Shown here one piece after another: positions 29,220 through 32,000 of a stretch of DNA of 32,000 nucleotides. The notes under the pieces are model-generated. The model was given only the letters and a program-made list of their open reading frames with translations, ran no database searches and was not told where the DNA came from. A program made the position numbers and the translations under genes. Numbering within the stretch: position 1 is the stretch's first letter; every line of letters starts with the position of its first letter. This DNA is from Prochlorococcus marinus subsp. pastoris str. CCMP1986 (lineage in GTDB: Bacteria; Cyanobacteriota; Cyanobacteriia; PCC-6307; Cyanobiaceae), in contig NC_005072.1 of NCBI RefSeq assembly GCF_000011465.1, positions 1,590,001-1,622,000 of the forward strand. Reading direction: 5' to 3'.

Positions 29220-30104
29220 ATGATCAATAAAAATTTATTTGATAACGAAAGTGCAATTTTTATGGGAGCCAAAAGAAATCCAGATGATTGTTCAATTGGA
29301 ATATTTGGAGTCAATTATGACGGTACATGCTCTTATAAGTCAGGGACTAGATTTGGTCCAAATGCCATAAGGCTAGTAAGCACATGCTTAGAGACATTTT
29401 GTCCAAGATTAGGAAAGGATTTAGAAGATTTTAATTATGTTGATTTTGGTTCACTAGAAATAGATAAAAATGACTCAATATCTGTCATTAAAGCAGTCAA
29501 ATCAGCAACAGATTTCATTATGAGTAGCAAGCTTACTCCCATTATGCTTGGAGGTGAGCACTCTATTACTAGTGGTGCTATTGAGGCGTTAGTAAATAGA
29601 TATCCAGATCTGATTTTAATTCAACTAGATGCTCATGCAGATCTAAGAACCTCATATATGGGGAATGAACATAGTCATGCTTGTGCAATGCAAAGATGCT
29701 TAGATATTTTACCTGAAAAAAAGATTTTGCAAGTCGGAATAAGAAGTGGTACCAAAGAAGAATTTAAATTTATGAGTCAAAAAAAGCAATTAGTAAAATT
29801 CTTGCCAGGAGGGAATGCTCAAGAATTTAAAAAAGCCCTTCTTCCTTACTCTAATTCGCCAATATATTTAACAATAGATTTGGATTGGTTTGATCCAAGT
29901 TTATTACCTGGTACGGGAACTCCAGAACCAGGAGGTTTTTTTTGGAATGACTTTGAAGTAATTCTTGAAACTCTAAAAGAATTTAGAATTGTCGCTTCAG
30001 ATATTGTGGAATTATCTCCAGAAATTGACAATAGCGGAGTTAGTAGTATAGTTGCCGCAAAAGTACTGAGAAGCTTAATTATGTCAGTACAAAATATGCA
30101 ATAA
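29220..30104 (+). CDS. speB: Agmatinase (arginase/ureohydrolase family)
   Basis: MLGGEHSITSGAI, LIQLDAHADLRTSYMGNEHSHACAM and LTIDLDWFDPSLLPGTGTPEPGG metal-binding motifs; next to speE. Confidence 0.95.
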   Translation: MINKNLFDNESAIFMGAKRNPDDCSIGIFGVNYDGTCSYKSGTRFGPNAIRLVSTCLETFCPRLGKDLEDFNYVDFGSLEIDKNDSISVIKAVKSATDFIMSSKLTPIMLGGEHSITSGAIEALVNRYPDLILIQLDAHADLRTSYMGNEHSHACAMQRCLDILPEKKILQVGIRSGTKEEFKFMSQKKQLVKFLPGGNAQEFKKALLPYSNSPIYLTIDLDWFDPSLLPGTGTPEPGGFFWNDFEVILETLKEFRIVASDIVELSPEIDNSGVSSIVAAKVLRSLIMSVQNMQ

Positions 30105-30154
30105 AAAATTTCTAAACTAAAGTATGAAAAGCTAAATAACTCATTAAATGTTTC

Positions 30155-31267
30155 ATGGATTTGCTTAAAAGTCCACTTTATTCAAAATATATTGAGTCAA
30201 ATGCAAAATTAGTAAATTTTGCAGGTTGGGAAATGCCCATATCCTTTTCGGGATTAATAAACGAACATGAATCAGTAAGAACATCAGCAGGATTCTTTGA
30301 TATTTCCCACATGGGTGTAATTTCTCTTAGAGGAATTAATCCAAAAGAATATATTCAAAAATTTTTTCCTACTAATTTATATTCCTTTTCAGAAGGACAA
30401 GGGCTTTATACATTAATGCTGAATGAAAAGGGAGGAATAATAGATGACCTAATAATTTATGACCTTGGTCAACAAGAAGAGGATATCTCAGAAATTTTTT
30501 TAATAGTAAATGCGAGCAGATACCAAACTGATTTCTCTTGGATTAAAAATAATTTAAATACCAATAATATTTCAATATCAAATGCTAAAAAAGATAAGGT
30601 CCTCTTTGCACTACAAGGCAAAAATTCCTTTAAATTATTCGAAGAATGGATTAAATCATCGATTTCACATATCCCTTACTTTGGTTGTGAATATAAAATC
30701 TTTAAACATATTTCGTCCAAAGAAAAGATTTTCTTTTCGAAAACGGGCTATACAGGTGAAAACGGTTTAGAAATCCTATTATCCGCAAAAGCAGCAATTA
30801 ATTTATGGGATTTCTTAGTTTCAAAAAATATTAAGCCTTGTGGTTTAGGTGCTAGAGATACCTTAAGACTTGAAGCAGGAATGCACTTGTATGGACAAGA
30901 TTTAAATGAAACAACTACACCATATGAAGCAGGATTAGGTTGGCTAGTACATTTAGAAAATAATCATGACTTTTTTGGAAGAGAGTTTCTTGAAAAACAA
31001 TCAAGATTTGGAATTAATAAAAAGTTAGTTGGTCTAAATATTGAAGGGAGAGCTATTGGAAGAAAAGGATGCGAAGTATTTAAAGATGGAGAAAATATTG
31101 GAACTATAACTAGCGGTAGTTGGTCCCCTACTAAGCAAAAGGCAATAGCTTTTGCTTATATTCAAAATTCTTACGCTACTTTAAATAATGTTGTTGAAAT
31201 TTTAATCAGAGGTAAAACATTCAAAGGGACCATAACGAAAAGAGCTTTTTATAAAAAAGATATTTAA
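30155..31267 (+). CDS. gcvT: Glycine cleavage system T protein (aminomethyltransferase)
   Basis: [73 protein letters not shown]. Confidence 0.97.
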
Positions 31268-31325
31268 CTAAATTTACCCTTGAAGAATTATTATTGTTAA
31301 TTATTGCTCAATAAGTAATTTCTAG

Positions 31326-32000
31326 ATGCGAAACAAAATTTGTGAAGAACTCAATAAGTCAGATATTGGGAAAGTAGTTAATTTATGTGGATGGGTTGAT
31401 CGAAGAAGGGATCATGGTGGAGTAATTTTTATAGATTTGCGTGATCATAGTGGATTTATGCAAATTACTATTAATCCTGAAGATGGTGAGACTCTTTTTA
31501 AACAGGCTGAGATTTTAAGAAATGAAACTGTGATAATGGTTAATGGAATTGTTAATGAAAGGCCAAAAGATTCGATAAATAAAAATATTCTCACTGGAGA
31601 GTTAGAACTAAAAGTTAAAGATCTACAAATTCTTAATCAAATAAAAAATAATTTACCATTTCCTATCTCAGTACATGATTATGAAAATACAAAAGAAGAG
31701 CTTAGACTAAAATATAGATATTTAGATCTTAGAAGAGGAAAATTACTCAAAAATTTAAAAACAAGGCATAAAATTATTAAAGCAGTAAGAGAATATCTTG
31801 ATAATTCTGGATTTACAGAGGTCGAAACACCATTACTGACAAAATCGACTCCAGAAGGAGCTAGAGATTTTTTAGTTCCAGCGAGACTTTCAAACGGTGA
31901 GTTTTTTGCTTTACCACAATCTCCACAATTATTTAAACAACTTTTAATGGTAGGAGGGTTAGACAAGTACTATCAAATCGCAAAATGTTTCCGTGATGAA
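31326..32000 (+). CDS. aspS: Aspartyl-tRNA synthetase, 3' truncated by the window edge
   Basis: [59 protein letters not shown] and [30 protein letters not shown], open to the window end. Confidence 0.98.
   Translation, partial: MRNKICEELNKSDIGKVVNLCGWVDRRRDHGGVIFIDLRDHSGFMQITINPEDGETLFKQAEILRNETVIMVNGIVNERPKDSINKNILTGELELKVKDLQILNQIKNNLPFPISVHDYENTKEELRLKYRYLDLRRGKLLKNLKTRHKIIKAVREYLDNSGFTEVETPLLTKSTPEGARDFLVPARLSNGEFFALPQSPQLFKQLLMVGGLDKYYQIAKCFRDE

Noticed and set aside
30105-30154. Glycine riboswitch upstream of gcvT
   Set aside because: The intergenic gap is only 50 bp and lacks the size and G-rich conserved core needed. The gap upstream of gcvH (12707-12714) is even shorter.

Overview
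The window is a dense, AT-rich segment of housekeeping genes. Gene content, compact spacing and protein style fit a picocyanobacterium of the Prochlorococcus type; this is inferred from the sequence, not from a search. In order it carries: the 3' part of dnaX, a family-2 glycosyltransferase, a SpoIID/LytB-like protein, rpmI-rplT, a TPR protein, thiG, sqdB-sqdX, gcvP/gcvH, a methionine-gamma-lyase-family ('aluminium resistance') protein, an HTH-like protein, a fatty acid desaturase, rplI-dnaB-mnmG, a DUF98/chorismate-lyase-like protein, a SprT-like metallopeptidase, an ATP-dependent DNA ligase, a TVP38/TMEM64 membrane protein, valS, a HesB/IscA-like protein, tRNA-Val(TAC), mazG, speE-speB, gcvT and the 5' part of aspS. 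I see no transposase, integrase, CRISPR array, restriction system or defence island, and no convincing undescribed multi-gene system. The points most worth a second look are: a T4-phage-like ATP-dependent DNA ligase with a possible partner ORF, a 72-bp in-frame tandem repeat and a possible -1 frameshift site in dnaX, an antisense 3' overlap between two poorly characterised genes, an unannotated 50-aa small ORF, and a U-U mismatch in the T stem of the tRNA-Val.
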